DNA of 64,000 bases from Squalus acanthias (Eukaryota), in the NCBI GenBank assembly GCA_030390025.1, contig CM059431.1:139688001-139752000 (forward strand). The letters run 5' to 3'. The notes beneath the pieces are model-generated. The model was not told the DNA's origin. It did not search any database and saw only the letters and a list, made by a program, of their open reading frames with translations. This document shows, piece after piece, positions 1-13,001 of this stretch (the first letter of the stretch is position 1; the number at the start of each line of letters is the position of its first letter). The translations under genes and the position numbers were made by a program.

Positions 1-425
1 AATAATCCTGGATGAGACACAATTTCCTCCAATTAAACATTGGAAAACCGAAACATTGTCTTCACCCCGCTCCCCACACGCCACGAACTCCACACCCTCA
101 TCATGGATTCCAGCCCCTCCCTGGACTCTGTCTCGGGCTGAACCAGACTGATCGCATCCTCGGCTTCCTACTTGACTGAGCTGAGCTTTCCACCCCACAT
201 CCTCTCCATCACCAAGATAGCCTAGTTCCACCTCCGTAATATCGACCGTCTCCTCTTCTACCTCTGCTATTCTGCTGCTGAAACCGTCACCTGACTTTTG
301 TTTTCTCCGGTCCCGACGGTTCCAATATTCTCCTGGCCGGCCTCCCATCTTCCACTTTCCATAAACAGAAGCTCATCCAAACCTCTGCCGGCTGTATCAT
401 AACCGGCACCAAGAGACGGTCCACC
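1..425 (+). mobile_element. L2-type LINE 3' fragment (degenerate)
   Basis: Decayed RT C-terminal/3' region; resembles the reverse complement of the L2-like segment at 63670-64000 (e.g. 'ctgctgctgaaacc', 'tcccatcttccac'). Confidence 0.6.
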
Positions 426-1322
426 TGCCCCACTGAGATAAACACTCCATTAGATTTTTAAATTGTTTTTTGTACCTGTGTATTGGCGTTTAATCATTTG
501 TGCACTTGGACTCTCAAATCTCTGCTCCTTCGACAGTTCCTACTTTCTCACCATTTAGAAAATACTCCGATTTATCTTTCCTGGGTCCAAAGTGGGTGAC
601 CTGAGACGTGCCCACATTTAACTTCATTTGCCGCAGTGTTTCCACTCAATTACTCTCTCAATGTCCCTTTACAGCTGTGTGCTCCGGTCCCCACTACTTA
701 CTGTCCCCTGAACGGAGGGTCATCCGTGAGTTTGGATATAAAACTCCCTATTCCTTCATCCCAGACATTAATAAATATAGTGAAAATTTGAGTCCCCAGA
801 ACTGAGCCCTGGGGAACATGACTTGTCACTTCAATGGTATTAAACATTGGGAGTGATGTAAAACGGGCTGCCGACTCACCGTCACCCGTTTTACACAATC
901 GCATGAAGTCAAGATCTACCCCCTTGTTAAATAATAGTAAATGAGAAGCAAAAACATCGCCCGGGGTGTAAAATCGATGCCAATTGGTTACCTCCTGTTT
1001 TTCAACAGGTGACTAAAGTTTTCCTACATTCCAACAGTGACTACACTTCAAAAGTACTTCATTGGCTGTAAAGCGTTTTGGAACGCCCTGCGGTCCTGAG
1101 AGGCGCTATAGAAATGCAATTCTTTCTTTCTAAAATTACCGCCATGTCTAACATTGATTAAAAAACCCACTGAGGACATTAACAATGTTTCACGTTTCAC
1201 CAACACCATGTTCTGACTGTACTGAGTCTATTTTTGCTGTAACCTCTCATCAAAATCAGTGACCCTTCAGTTTCAATTCCTGAAGTGAACCGTCCACGAC
1301 TATTTACAACTTCTATTCACAG

Positions 1323-1488
1323 CTCCAAATGCCACAATCATTGAGATGCTCCGAACGTGGGGTGCTGACCAGCTGTACAAACTGGTGAAATTCTCCCGGG
1401 ACAGACTGGAGCAGGCGATGAAGAAGGGCTGGACGGTGTCATGGTGGGGTTAATCTAAGAGGAATAACTCAGTGGATTACAACATCGG
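1323..1488 (+). pseudogene. Orphan diverged NLR exon (first half of CARD-like domain), frameshifted and with stops
   Basis: ttcacag acceptor, then PNATIIEML...QLYKLVKFSRDRLEQAM, ending aacatcgg|gtaagt; clearly paralogous to exon 6514-6680. Confidence 0.75.
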
Positions 1489-1794
1489 GTAAGTGGCAGA
1501 AACACAGACTGAGATTGGTTGGTTTCAGTATCTCACAAGCAGCAGGAAGCTGCAGCCCAGAAATTGCTGATAATGATGTTGTTGGATAAACACATCACAC
1601 TTTACTGTGAGATCCCTCTCGGTGCTATTTTAGCTCAAGGTTTATCCCCTTCAAATAAGAAAATTCCAGAGCAAGGTGATCTGAATGTGTGAAATGCTCA
1701 AATCCGCTAATATCGCCAATGGTAATTGCTGCCTCGTGGTTTTACCCACCACCTGCCCTGAAATCGTTTAACTCTGATCTACTAATAAACACAC

Positions 1795-2090
1795 AGAATC
1801 ACAGAATCCCCACAGTGCAGATAGAGGCCATTTCGACCCATCGAGCCTGCACCGACACATATCCCACCCTATCCCCGTAACCCCACATATTTAATCCCCC
1901 TAACACTAAGGGTCAATTTATCATAGCCAAATCAACCTAACCCGCACATCTTTGGACTGTGGGAGGAAACCGGAGCACCCGGAGGAAACCCACGCAGACA
2001 CGGGGAGAATGTGCAAACTCCTCACAGACAGTCACCCGCGGCCGGATTCGAACCCGGGTCCCTGGTGCCATTATGCCACCGTGTTGCCCC
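1795..2090 (-). mobile_element. tRNA-derived V-SINE (HE1-like shark SINE) with CR1-like 3' tail
   Basis: V-SINE core 'gggaggaaaccggagcacccggaggaaacccacgcagacacggggagaa', B-box 'gggttcgaatcc' on the minus strand, short tandem tail 'cacagaatcacagaat'. Confidence 0.85.
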
Positions 2091-2269
2091 TTGGGGTTCA
2101 CGTTCGAGGGGTGATTTCTAAATAGTGATTTGAGTGCGGGGTCAGTGGGGTGTGCGGGGCTGGGACTGGGTCAGTGGGATGTGCGGGGCTGGGACTGTGG
2201 GGTGTCAAAGAGCATCAACGCCCTGCTCATCGATCAGCCCTGTCCTTGCGAACCTACATTGGCTCCCGG

Positions 2270-2660
2270 TCCCCCAGCACCTACAAATCAAATCTCTCAT
2301 CCTCCTATTTTAATCCCTTCATGGTCATGTCCCTTCCTGTCTCTGTAACCTCCTCCAGCCCTACAGTCCCCCACCACCAAGATCTCTATTCCTGTGACTG
2401 TGGCCTCTTGTGGCATTTCACCCTCTCCTCCCCCCATCTATGGCGGCTGTGTATTCTGCTGTCCCGGCTCAATGCTCATCAATTCCCCACCTAAACCTCT
2501 CCAGCTCCCTCCTCCTTTAGAACCCTCCGAAACTCACTGCTGTGACCAACATTCTGACAAAGCCTCCTTCTACCCCCTTTAGTCTGAGCCCATCGTTTTT
2601 CGCAATTGGCTTCTGTGAAGCACCTTGCGATGTGTTTCGATGGACAAGTTGTTGTTGCTG
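2270..2660 (+). mobile_element. L2-type LINE 3' end fragment
   Basis: 'ctctgtaacctcctccagccctac...ctgtgaagcaccttg...gttgttgttg' tail; same family as 57410-57790 and 63290-63660. Confidence 0.6.
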
Positions 2661-3774
2661 TGTGTTTATTGTAACATTGTCAGCGTGAGTGACACAGCTG
2701 ATAACTGAATCTTAAAAACCTCAAACTTGGTTATAAGTTAATGCCGGAGAATAATTTCAACTACAGTTTAGAGAAATTACTGATCCGAGACTGAATCTCT
2801 TTTTACATTTCCCCAGTGGGGAAAGGAAAGGACGCTGACTGAGAGTTTGATTGGACGCCCGTGTGTGGACACACTCACAGCGAGACACGCGCACAAGTGG
2901 AGAATATTCAATGTAAAACAGCAGGCAAATCTTCCACTTATATATTTATGGCCATTTCTGAGATTGTAAGAGCGCGAAGGATTTTCCAAACATAAATGCT
3001 ATGCATCACCTCACTGTTTAAAGTGACATGATTCACAAGATTACACATTAGTGTTAATATTAGTTGAACAGCGGTAAATGTCCTCACCACCTACAGTGCT
3101 CATTAGTCAGGTGTTGACACCAGGAGAGATATGGTCAATATATTCAAATAGAAGCAGCACCCAGAACACATCTCCATCAAAACACGGACAATGTCACAGC
3201 CCATAGAGACCAGAGGAATCGCACCCAGCTATATATTGTGTGTGGATAGAAATCATATTCATAAAATACCAGAATTTAACATCAAAACGCAGCAAAACAA
3301 AAATGTTGAACACAAATCTGTGAATAAAAATAATACAACACCCCCAGACAGTAAAACCGAGTGGTGAATCAGGTAATTCATCAACAATCACCCGCTCCAT
3401 ATTTCCCTGCAGAATATTCTCTACATCAGGAATAAGGCTGGTTTTGGCCTGCACTGTGAGTAAATTTCACTAATGGTCGCTCCCAGTGCGGAGTCTCGGC
3501 CGACGGGAGCCCGTCTGGAACTCGTTTGTGGGGATCAGCGGGACTCAGTGGATTTCACTGGGCAGCTGTCTGTGTCACACCTGATGTGGAGAGTTGATCG
3601 TAACACTCGGGAAATGCTCGATCCCAGAGCTAACCGCTGTTGTACTGATGGGGAGAAGGGACTTGATACCATGTTTTACAAGGCAACGTTCTTCTCATTT
3701 TAATATTTCCATCTAACTTTCCTATTAATATAGTTATTACAGAGCATCAGAATCTGGAAACGCCTGCCACCACC

Positions 3775-3838
3775 ATGGCTGAAGGTCCAAACAGGGGAGA
3801 AGATCCAACATCTTCAACAAGAATGAGAATGGACACAG
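3775..3838 (+). CDS. NLR copy A, first coding exon (MAEGPNRGEDPTSSTRMRMDT)
   Basis: Acceptor attacag at 3742, strong Kozak gccaccaccATGG, donor cag|gtaag (phase 1); conserved in copies B and C. Confidence 0.75.
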
Positions 3839-3929
3839 GTAAGTTCCCAAAATTATTTACAGTATATTTTCTGTCATGACAAAGGGTCCAGATCTCGTCC
3901 AAAAACCTGCCGCTCACACAGGAATAGGG

Positions 3930-4170
3930 AAAAGGACAGGGATTGAGTAGAAAGATGGAAGTGAGTGACCATTTAGAGGTGCATCACAGTCACAGGTGGA
4001 GGGAGCCCCCGAGTACTGGAACTGCCCAATAGATGCCTGGTATTGGGGACTGTAAGCTGGATAGAGACAGTGACTTGGAAGAGAGTCTTCCTGAGAAGCA
4101 GTGTGACTCCAGGAGCAGGACGTCACCCCGAGTGGTGCGCAGATGAGAGGAGAACGATACAGCTATCTGC
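3930..4170 (+). mobile_element. Old CR1 ORF1 remnant in NLR intron 1, shared by copies A, B and C
   Basis: Paralogous to 53620-53880 and 60970-61330; the copy C segment translates to an esterase-like 'IVVGDSVVRCMDRIVC'. Confidence 0.55.
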
Positions 4171-4284
4171 TTCCAGAGGGAAGAACGTGTTTGAACGACT
4201 GTGACCTTTTCTGTGAAGGCAAGAAGAGCAGAAAATTGTCCCTGTCAAAACCAAAAACACAACTAGAAATACATTGTTTTAACA

Positions 4285-5690
4285 ATCACTTTCTGGACAT
4301 GAGTGTCGCTGGCAACGCCAGCATTTATTGCCCACACCAAGTTGCCATTGATTAGGTGATGGTGGGCCACCTTCTTGAATCGCTCTAGTCCATGTGGTGA
4401 AGGTGCTCCCTTAGTACTGTTAGGTAGGGAGTTCCAAGGTTTTGATCCAGCGACAATGAAGGAGAGGTGATGTATGTCCATGTCAGGATTGTATGTGACA
4501 TTAGGAGACCTTGGAAGCGAAGGTGTTCCCAGGCACCTGGTGTCCTTGTCCTTCTAGGTGGTGGATGTCGTGGGTATGGGAGGTGCTGTCGAAGATGCCT
4601 TGCTGACTTACTGGAGGGCATCCTGTAGACAGTAATCTGCAACCACGGTAAGCCAATGGTGGAGGGAGTCAATGTTTAACCCAATGGATGGGCTGCTGAT
4701 CAAGCATAATGCTTTGTCCTGGATGGTGTTGAGCATCTTCAGTGTTGTTGCAACTTCACTTGTCCAGACAAATGGAAAGTGTTCCATCACTCTCCTGACG
4801 TGTGTTGTAGGTGGGGGAGAGAATTTGAGGAGTCAGGAGGTGAGCCACTCGCCACAGAATACCCAGCCTCTGACCTGCTCCCGTAGACACGGGGGATGTA
4901 TGTGGCTGGTCCAGTTCTATTTTGTTTGATGTGGGGGACTTGGTGATAATGTCATTGACTGTCATGGCATATGGCTATGGTATCTCTGGTTGGAGATGGT
5001 CATTGCCTGACCCTGGGAACGGTAGCGAAGTGGTAATGTCACTGGACTAGTAATCCAGAGGCCTGGACTAATGATTCAGAGACGTGAATTCAAATCCCAC
5101 CACAACAGCTGGGGGCTTAAATAAATCTGGAATAAAAAGCTAGACTCAGTAATGGTAACCATGAAACTATCGGATTGTCGTTAAAAACCCATCTGGTTCA
5201 CTAATGTCTTTTAGGGAAGGAAATCTGCCGTCCTTACCTGGTCTGGCCTATATGTGACTCCAGACCCACAGCAATGTGGTTGATCTTAACTGCCCTCCGA
5301 AATGGCCTAGCAAGTCACTCAGTTGTAACTAACCATTACGAAAAAAAATACCATCACCACACGGACTGCAGCGGTTCAAGAAGGCGGCTCACCACCACCT
5401 TCTCAAGGGCAACTAGCGATGGGCAATAAATGCTGGCCTTGCCAGCGACGCCAAGATCCCATAAAAGGAATTAAAAAAAACTTGTTTGGTTCGAATATTA
5501 TTTGCCAAAACTGGATGTTATCCACGTATTGCTGCATGGGGGCATGGACTGCTTCATTATTGAAGGAATTGCGAATGGGGCCGAACAAACTGCAACTATC
5601 AGCGAGCAGCCTCACTTCTAACCTTATGATGGAGCGAAGGTCACTGATGAAGCAGCTGGAAGTAGTTGAGTCCAGGACGCTGGCCTGGTT
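4285..5690 (-). mobile_element. Degenerate non-LTR retrotransposon 3' portion, interrupted by a SINE at 5015-5480
   Basis: RT C-terminal-like fragments (MEHFPFVW...LNTIQDKALCLI; WNSLPNS); 3' tail 'gggcaataaatgctggc'. Confidence 0.65.
5015..5480 (+). mobile_element. tRNA-derived SINE with LINE-derived 3' tail
   Basis: A-box 'tagcgaagtgg', B-box-like 'aattcaaatcc', tail 'ggctcaccaccaccttctcaagggc...gggcaataaatgctggcc' and terminal A run. Confidence 0.8.
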
Positions 5691-6513
5691 TGAGGTCTAT
5701 ATTGAGGGAATTTAAAGTCAGGCAATGAAATGTCGGGTGGAGGTGGTTAAAAGGGAATTAGGTTCAAGGCCAGCGGATAATATAAAAAAATCAGGGTTTA
5801 TGAAAGGTAAAGCAATAATTCAAGATTCTATCACTGGGGATGAACGGGGAATCTAGTTGTGGAGGATGATGTTTTGAGGAGGTATCAGACATTTCCAATA
5901 GTTTCTAAAAATGATGGTGGTAGTGCGAGAAGGTGGACTAGAGGAGGATGTGGGATCATAGTTGCAGTTAAATGTAGGGAAGGATTTGGAGCTGAAAAAT
6001 AGTCACGATGGATAAGTGACTGGGCCCAGAGATAACACACTCCAGGCTGTTAAATCAAATCACAGATGAGGGAGGACAGACTCTCCACAATTTTTCAATC
6101 CGTTTTAAATACAAACAATACACTGGAGCACTGAAGGAGCCCAAGTAACGTCTCTGTTCAACAATGGAGGAGAGAGGATAAACCGGGTAACTAGAACAGT
6201 CTACGGCAGTTATGGGCAGAATGCTCGAGTCCGGAATTTAATGTTGAATTAGTCAATGTTGAGATACAGGGGGTGATCAGGGGAGGCTGGAATGGACTAG
6301 CTGTAGGCAAGAGGTGTCTGACAAATTTGCAGGTTTTTTTTAAAGAATGGACTATATAGATCGATGGGATGCAGCAACTGCGGTGTATATGTGGTTTAAG
6401 ATGGTGTTTGATAATGCGGCTCACAGGAGACTTGAGCTGTTTGGTATAAGGCAATGTAGCAGCTTGGATATAAAGTGGATAATGAGTTTAATGTTCTCCA
6501 TTTGTGTTCACAG

Positions 6514-6680
6514 AACCGAACTCTACAATCACTGAGTTCTTGACAGAGTGCAACGATTGCCAGCTGTTCCAGTTGACGAAATTCTACCGGGACAGACTGG
6601 AACAGGCGGTTGAAGGAGGGGTGGACGGAGTCAGCTCGTTGTTAACATACGAGAGGCATTTCAGTGGACAAGAACATCGG
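6514..6680 (+). CDS. NLR copy A exon 2 (CARD-like death-fold domain, first half)
   Basis: ttcacag acceptor, (E)PNSTITEFL...FYRDRLEQAVEGGVDGVSSLLTYERHFSGQEHR, gtgagt donor; 167 bp, phase 1 to 0, open. Confidence 0.85.
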
Positions 6681-8592
6681 GTGAGTGGGAGGGACACAGA
6701 ATGAGTTTGGGTTATTTAAATATCACAGAAGCAACAAGAAATCAGATCTTAGAATCATAGAATGTTACAGAAGAAAAATGGCAACTAGGAAAGAAGGGGT
6801 TAAAGCTGTTAATATTTTAAAACAGAAACAACACAAATGTGAAAATACCCACTGGATCCATCAGTCTATGTAAAAAGGACAGGGTAACGGGTACGATATT
6901 ATCCTTTGTGGGCTGAAGTCCAAGGGAACCAAGAATTTTAGCAGGTTCTCTCAGAGAGACAAGAGACAACTAGCCGGAGTTTTAGGGAAGGTCACGAGTT
7001 GAATGTCCAACAAAGTATATGATGTAAATTGAGGAACTGTGATGATTTAAAAAAATCAGCTGCGGGTTAAAGGAAAGATATTTTTATAAAATACTAAACT
7101 AGTGAACAAGTATTGAACCCAAACAACCCCAAAAAACCGGTGGGGAATGTACGATTAACCGAATAGAATTATCCCAATTATATTGATTCAGATACCAGCG
7201 ATAAATCAACTTGTTGGTTCTATGAAGATCCTCAGGATGTTCAAGCAAATTATCCAGCTACAGTTAGTAGAATCACAGGAACTTACAGCAAAGAAGGAGG
7301 CCACGTCTTGCCTGTGCTGGCTCTTTGAAAGAGCAGCCGAGCTCAGTCCCACACCCCCACTATTTGTCCGTAACCCTGCAAGTTCCTCATCCACAAGTAC
7401 CTTTGTAACTCTCTTTAAAACTATTGATGGCATCAGCTTACATCACCTTTTCAGGTCGAGCGTTCCAGATCCCGACATCATTCTGAGTGAAAACAATTCT
7501 CCTCATCCCCCCTCTAGATCTTTTGCCAATGAATTTAAATCTATGGCCTCTGGTTATTGACCCACTCGCCAGACGGAATAGTTTTTTCTCTATCTGTGTC
7601 AAAACTTTTTATCATCTTGAAACTCTCTATTAGGTCACCTGTTATCCTTCTCTGTTCCAAAGAGAACAGTCCTGACTTTCCCGATCTAGTAATAGTACAA
7701 CCTTTTGTACTCTGTCTCTATTTATAAAACTAGGAATCCCGCCTGTTTTTTAACAGCTTTCTCAACTGATTCTGCCAACAGAACTTCAAATAATTCTCTA
7801 CATTAACCCCGAGGTCTCTGTTCCTTCACCCCCTTTAAAATTGTACAGTTTAGTTGGTATTGCCTCTCCTCATTCTTTCTTCGAAACATAGAGTCATAGA
7901 GAAATACAGCACAGAAAGAGGCCCTTCGGCCCATCGTGTCCGCTCCGGCCATCAAGACCTGTCTATTCTGATCCCATTTTCCAGCACTTGGTCCGTAGCC
8001 TTGTATGCTATGGCGTTTTAAGTGCTCATCTAAATGCTTCTTGAATGTTGAGGGTTCCTGTCTTTACCACCCTTTCAGGCAGTGATTTCCAGATTCCAAA
8101 CACCCTCTGGGTGAAAGTTTTTCCTCAAATCCCCTCTAAACCTCCTGTCCCTTACCTTGAAACTATGCCCCCTGGTTATTGAGCCCTCTACTAAGGGGAA
8201 AAGTTCCTTTCTATCTACCCTATCTATGCTCCACATAATTTGTGCACCTAAATCAGGTCCCTCCTCAGCCTTCTCTGCTCTAAGGAAAATAACCCCAGCC
8301 TGTCCAGTCTCTCTTCATAGCTAAAACGCTCCAGCCCAGTAACATCCTGGTGAATCTCCTCTGCACCCTCTCCAATGCAATCACATCATTCCTATAGCGT
8401 GGCGACCAGAACTGCACACAGTATTCCAGCTGTGGCCCAACTAGCGTTTTGTACAGCTCCAGCATAACGTCCCTGCTCTTATATTCTATGCCTCGGCTAA
8501 TGAAGGCATATGCCTTCTTGACCACCTTATCTACCTGTCCTGCTGCCTTCAGGGATCTATGTACATGCACACCAAGGTCCGTCTGATCCAGT

Positions 8593-8907
8593 ATAACAAC
8601 AGAAAACGCTGGAAAAACTCAGCAGGCCAGGCAGCATCCGTGGAGAGAGAAAGAGAGTTGACGTTTCAGGTCGATGACCTTTCATCAGAACTGGGAAGAG
8701 CCGGAAATCAAATAGATTTAAAGCCAGGGTAAAGCTGGGAAAAGGGGGAGGGGATAAAGGAACAAAGGAGGAGATGAAGAGACATTAAGAGATATGCAAG
8801 GCTAGAGGTGGTGTTAATGTGACAGATTAAGGCTGAATGAAGTGTGAAATCCACTGGCAGAATGAAGGACAGCTGCCAGCTTCTAGGAGGAAAAAAAAAG
8901 GTGGGAC
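8593..8907 (-). mobile_element. Penelope-like element 3' (pLTR) fragment, family 1, with about 12-bp TSD
   Basis: Near-identical to 19051-19375; flanked by gtctgatccagt (8581-8592) and gtctgattcagt (8908-8919). Confidence 0.9.
8656..8692 (-). ncRNA. Minimal type-I hammerhead ribozyme (PLE family 1)
   Basis: Minus strand reads AGUU-CUGAUGA-A-AGGUC-AUC-GACCU-GAAAC-GUC-AACU. Confidence 0.85.
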
Positions 8908-9981
8908 GTCTGATTCAGTGTCGTTCCTAGGGTCCTACCATTCATTGTGTATTCCCTTGCCTTGTTAGTCCTCCCAAAATGCATCACCTCACACTTTTCA
9001 GGGTTAAATTCCATTTGCCACTGTTCTGCCCATCTGATCAGCCGTCTATATCGTCTTGTAGCCTGAGGCTTCCCTACTAGTTATTTACCACTCCAACAAT
9101 TTTCATGTCGTCTGCGAACTTACTGATCATCGCTCCTACATTCCTATCTAAATCATTAATGTACACACAAACAGCAAGGGACCCAGCACCGATCCCTGCG
9201 TTACACCACTGGACATAGGCTTCCAGTCACAAAAACAACCTGCGACCATCCCCCTCTGCCTCCTGCCACTAAACCAATTTTGGATCCAACGTGCCAAATT
9301 GCCCTGGATCCCATGGGCTCTTACTTTCTTGACCAGTCTCCCATGCGGGACCTTGTCAAAAGCCTTTCTGAAGTCCATGTAGACTACATCAACTGCACTA
9401 CCCTCATCCACATACCTAGTCACCCTCTCTCAAAATTCAATCACATTGGTTAGACATGATCTCCCCCTGACAAAGCCATGCTGACTATCCTTGATTAATC
9501 CTTGCCTCTCCAAGTGGAGACTAATTCTGTCCCTCAGAATTTTTTCCAATAATTTCCCTACCACTGATGTTAGGCTCACTGGCCTGTAATTCCCTGGTTT
9601 ATCCCTTCTATCCTTCTTGAATAATGGTACTACATTAACTGTCCTCCAATCCTCTGGCAACTCCCCTGTGGCCAGAGAGGATATGAAAATTTGTGTCAGA
9701 AACCCTGCAATCTCCTCCCTTGCCTCACACAGCAGCCTGGGATACATCTCGTCTGGGCCTGGGGATTTTACCACTTTTAAGCCCGCTAAAACCGCTAATA
9801 CCTCCTCCCCCTCGATGCTAATTTGTTCAAGTATATCACAATCCCCCTGTCTGATTTCTATGCTTACATTGTCCTTCTCCATAGTGAACACAGATGCAAA
9901 ATATTCATTTAAAACCTCACCTACATCTTCTAGTTCTACACACACATTGCCACTTTGGTCCCTAATGGGCCCTACTCTTTC

Positions 9982-10723
9982 GATAGCAAAATACTGCGGA
10001 TGCTGGAAATCCGAAATAACAACAGAAAACGCTGGAAAAACTCAGCAGGCCAGGCAGCATCCGTGGAGAGAGAAACAGATTTAACGTTTCAGGTCGAAGA
10101 CCTTTCGTCAGAACTGGAAAAAAGCAGGAAATGAAATAGATTTAAAGCTGGGAAAAGGGGGAGGGGATGAAAGAACAAAAGGAGAGATTAAGAGACATTG
10201 AGAGACGTTAAGAGATAATCATGGCCAGAGGAGGTATTGATGTAACAGGTTGAGGCTAAATGAAGTGTGAAATGCACTGGCAGAATGAAGGACAGCTGCC
10301 AGCTTCTGGGAGGAAAAAAAAGGGGGGAGCCAAACAAAAGGGTGGATGAAAAAATAAAATATAAATGTGATAGGGGCCGAGGAGATGATCTAAAATTGTT
10401 GAACTTGATATTGAGTCCAAAGGGCTGTAGAGTGCCTAAACGAAAGATAAGTTGCTGTTCCTCGAGCTTACGCTGCGCTTCCGTGGAACAGCGTAATAGG
10501 CCGAGGACGGTGAGGTCAGAGTGGGAGTGGAGTGGAGAATTAAAATGACAGGCTCGGGGTCCCCCTTACGGACTGAACGGAGGTGTTCAGCAAAACGGTC
10601 ACCCAATCTGTGTTTGGTCTCCCCAATGTAGAGGAGACAACATCGTGAGCAGCGAATACAGTATGCTAAATTGCAGGAAGTACAAGTAAATCGCTGTTTC
10701 ACCTGGAAGGGGTGTTTGGGGCA
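9982..10723 (-). mobile_element. 5'-truncated Penelope-like element (GIY-YIG end, pLTR, full 3' tail), family 1
   Basis: ORF 10436-10702 has YCIRCSRC..LYIGETK; flanks ctactctttc / ctgctctttc form a TSD; hammerhead core at about 10079-10115. Confidence 0.9.
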
Positions 10724-11007
10724 CTGCTCTTTCCCTGGTTATCCTCTTGCCCTTAATATATTTATAAAACACCTTGGGATTTTCCTTTAATTTGTCCGCC
10801 AGTGTTTTTTCATGCCCCCTCTTCACTCTCCTAATTTCTTTAAGTACCCCCCTGCACTTTCTGTACTCTTCTTTGGCTTCCACTGTTTTTAGTCCTTTGT
10901 ATCTGCCTCCCTTTTTTTCCTAATCCATTCTCGTATATCCTTTGACATCCAGGGTTCCCTGGGCTTGTTCGTCCGACCCTTGACCTTTACGGGAACATGT
11001 TGGCATT

Positions 11008-11010
<3 letters not shown>

Positions 11011-11041
<31 letters not shown>
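11011..11041. repeat. (CT)n microsatellite inside CR1
   Basis: Direct observation. Confidence 0.95.
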
Positions 11042-11043
<2 letters not shown>

Positions 11044-12829
11044 TTCTGAAAGACTCCCACTGCTCTCGTGGATTTTCCTACAAGTAGCTGATCCCAGTCC
11101 ACTTTGGCCAGATCCTGCGTTATCATATTAAAATCCGGGTTCCCCCAATTTAGAACCTTTATTTCTGGTCCAACTTTGTCCTTTTCCATTACTAACTTAA
11201 ATCTCACCGAATTATGGTCACTGTCACTAAAATGCTCTCCTACTGACACTTCTACCACTTGCCCGGCTTCATTCCCTAGAATTAGATCCATTACCGCCCC
11301 CTCTCTTGTAGGACTTTCTACATGCTGGCTCAAAAAACACTCCTGGATGCACTTTAAGAATTCCGCCCCTCTAAGCCTTTCACACTCTGACTATCCCAGT
11401 TAATATTGGGGAAGTTGAAATCCCCTACTATTATTATTATATCAATTCACACTTCTCTGTCATGTGTCTGCCCATTTCACCAGTCTGTCTATGCCCTCCT
11501 GAAGTCTGCTATTATCCTTCTCACTATTTACTACCTTTCTGAGTTTCGCGCTATCTGCATTTTTTTAAATTATGCTCTGTATCCCCAAGTGCAGGTCATT
11601 AATATATATCCAAAAGAGCAGTCGTCCTAATACTGAGCCCTGTGGGACAACACTGTACTCTTTCCTCCAGTCTGAAAAACAGCTGTTCACAACTGCTCTC
11701 TGTTTTCTTTCCCTTAGACAATATTATATCAATGCTGCCACTGCTCATTTAATCCCATGGGTTTCTAATTTGCTAACATGTCTATTACTTGGTCAAACGC
11801 CTTTTGAAAGTCCATATACACAACATCAGCCGCACTACCCTTGTCAACCGTTAATTCATTAAACAACACAATCAATTTATTCAACCACGATATGCCTTTA
11901 ATAATTCCATGCTGGCTGCAATTTATTAACCAATGTTTTTTCCAAGGGAATATTTTGTCCTGGATTATTGTGTCTAAAAGTTTCTCCACTATGGACGTTA
12001 GGCTGACTGGCCTGTAGTTGCTGGGTTCATCCCTCTCCCCTTTTTTGAACAGGGGTGTAACATTTGCAACTCTCCACTCCGCTGACACCACTCAAGTCCA
12101 AGGAGTATTGGAAGAATTTGGCTCGAGCCAGCTCAGATTAGCTGCAGTTCCTGAGAAGCAGTAAATTTTTTGTCTGCGAATTTTAATATCTGGTTCTGCA
12201 AAAATTCTGCTGACCAGCATCATTCATCTGGAGGGAAGAACATCTATCATCCATTTCAAACAAACTAGCGAAGTTAGTGTCAAAAGGATAAACCACTGGT
12301 AACGAATATTCACTTAAAGTAAGTTAAATACCCTGATCCAGCTGTTGAACTGAATCAGCAGCCTTGAATTCAATAAACTGGCCCAATATGGGGTGACATT
12401 GATCTTCAGTATTGTGAAATGGGCTCACAGCGAATCGGCGCCCATTTTCCATCGCGCCCGATTTTCCCTCCTGTTTCAGAGTCAGTGTCAGGCTGAACTC
12501 AGCAGCAACAAGCAAAGTATCTGCGTTCAAATTGCTGAGGATGGTCGGTGATTCTACACATTGCTCTGAATTTAGTGATAGATATTTCAAATAAAACAGC
12601 GCACAGTTGTGCCAGAGACAGGTGTGGGAGGGGGAGTATTGTGAGAGTGCACAGGACCGAAAGCAGGCTCTGTTCCCGGTGGGAAACCAACACCGACTTG
12701 TTTTCCTCCTCCTCCTCCACCCAGACAGTCCTCTCGCCCAAGTGCTGTAAGAGGACAATCTGCCCCAGTTCATTTTCACTGCAGGCCCTTCACTCCGCTC
12801 ATCAATATATTCATTATTATTCTCTACAG

Positions 12830-13001
12830 AAAGTCACTGATCTCATGGAGCAGGGAAACCGGGCGGACAGTTCCAAACTTCTCCTAAATCTGGTGATGGA
12901 GAAAGGCTCTCGGGCCCGAAGGGTGATGTGGGAATCCTTTGTGAAAATGCGCCATGGGGTACCAAAGCTGGACAAAATACTGAGAGAAATACAGGAACAC
13001 G
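12830..13001 (+). CDS. NLR copy A exon 3 (CARD-like domain, second half); if the donor is unused the frame reads through to a stop at 13042
   Basis: ctacag acceptor, KVTDLMEQGNRADSSKLLLNLVMEKGSRARRVMWESFVKMRHGVPKLDKILREIQEH, g|gtacgg donor; phase 0 matches exon 2. Confidence 0.85.

Larger units (their letters stand above)
7265..12120 (-). mobile_element. Nested CR1 LINEs: an older copy (about 7265-7885 plus 11440-12120) split by a younger copy (about 7886-11440), which itself carries two PLE insertions
   Basis: ORFs 8280-8570, 9148-9945, 10920-11333 and 11765-12091 give CR1 RT/APE motifs (KSPGPD, NYRPVSLTS, YMDFRKAFD, QGSVLGP, LEYCVQFWSP). Confidence 0.9.

Noticed and set aside
2660..3470. 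Possible 3' UTR of a minus-strand gene (AATAAA at about 2665-2670)
   Set aside because: No attached coding exon could be identified; unsupported without a search
5015..5105. Functional tRNA genes at SINE heads (also 16852-16915)
   Set aside because: No proper cloverleaf; they continue into SINE bodies and LINE-like tails
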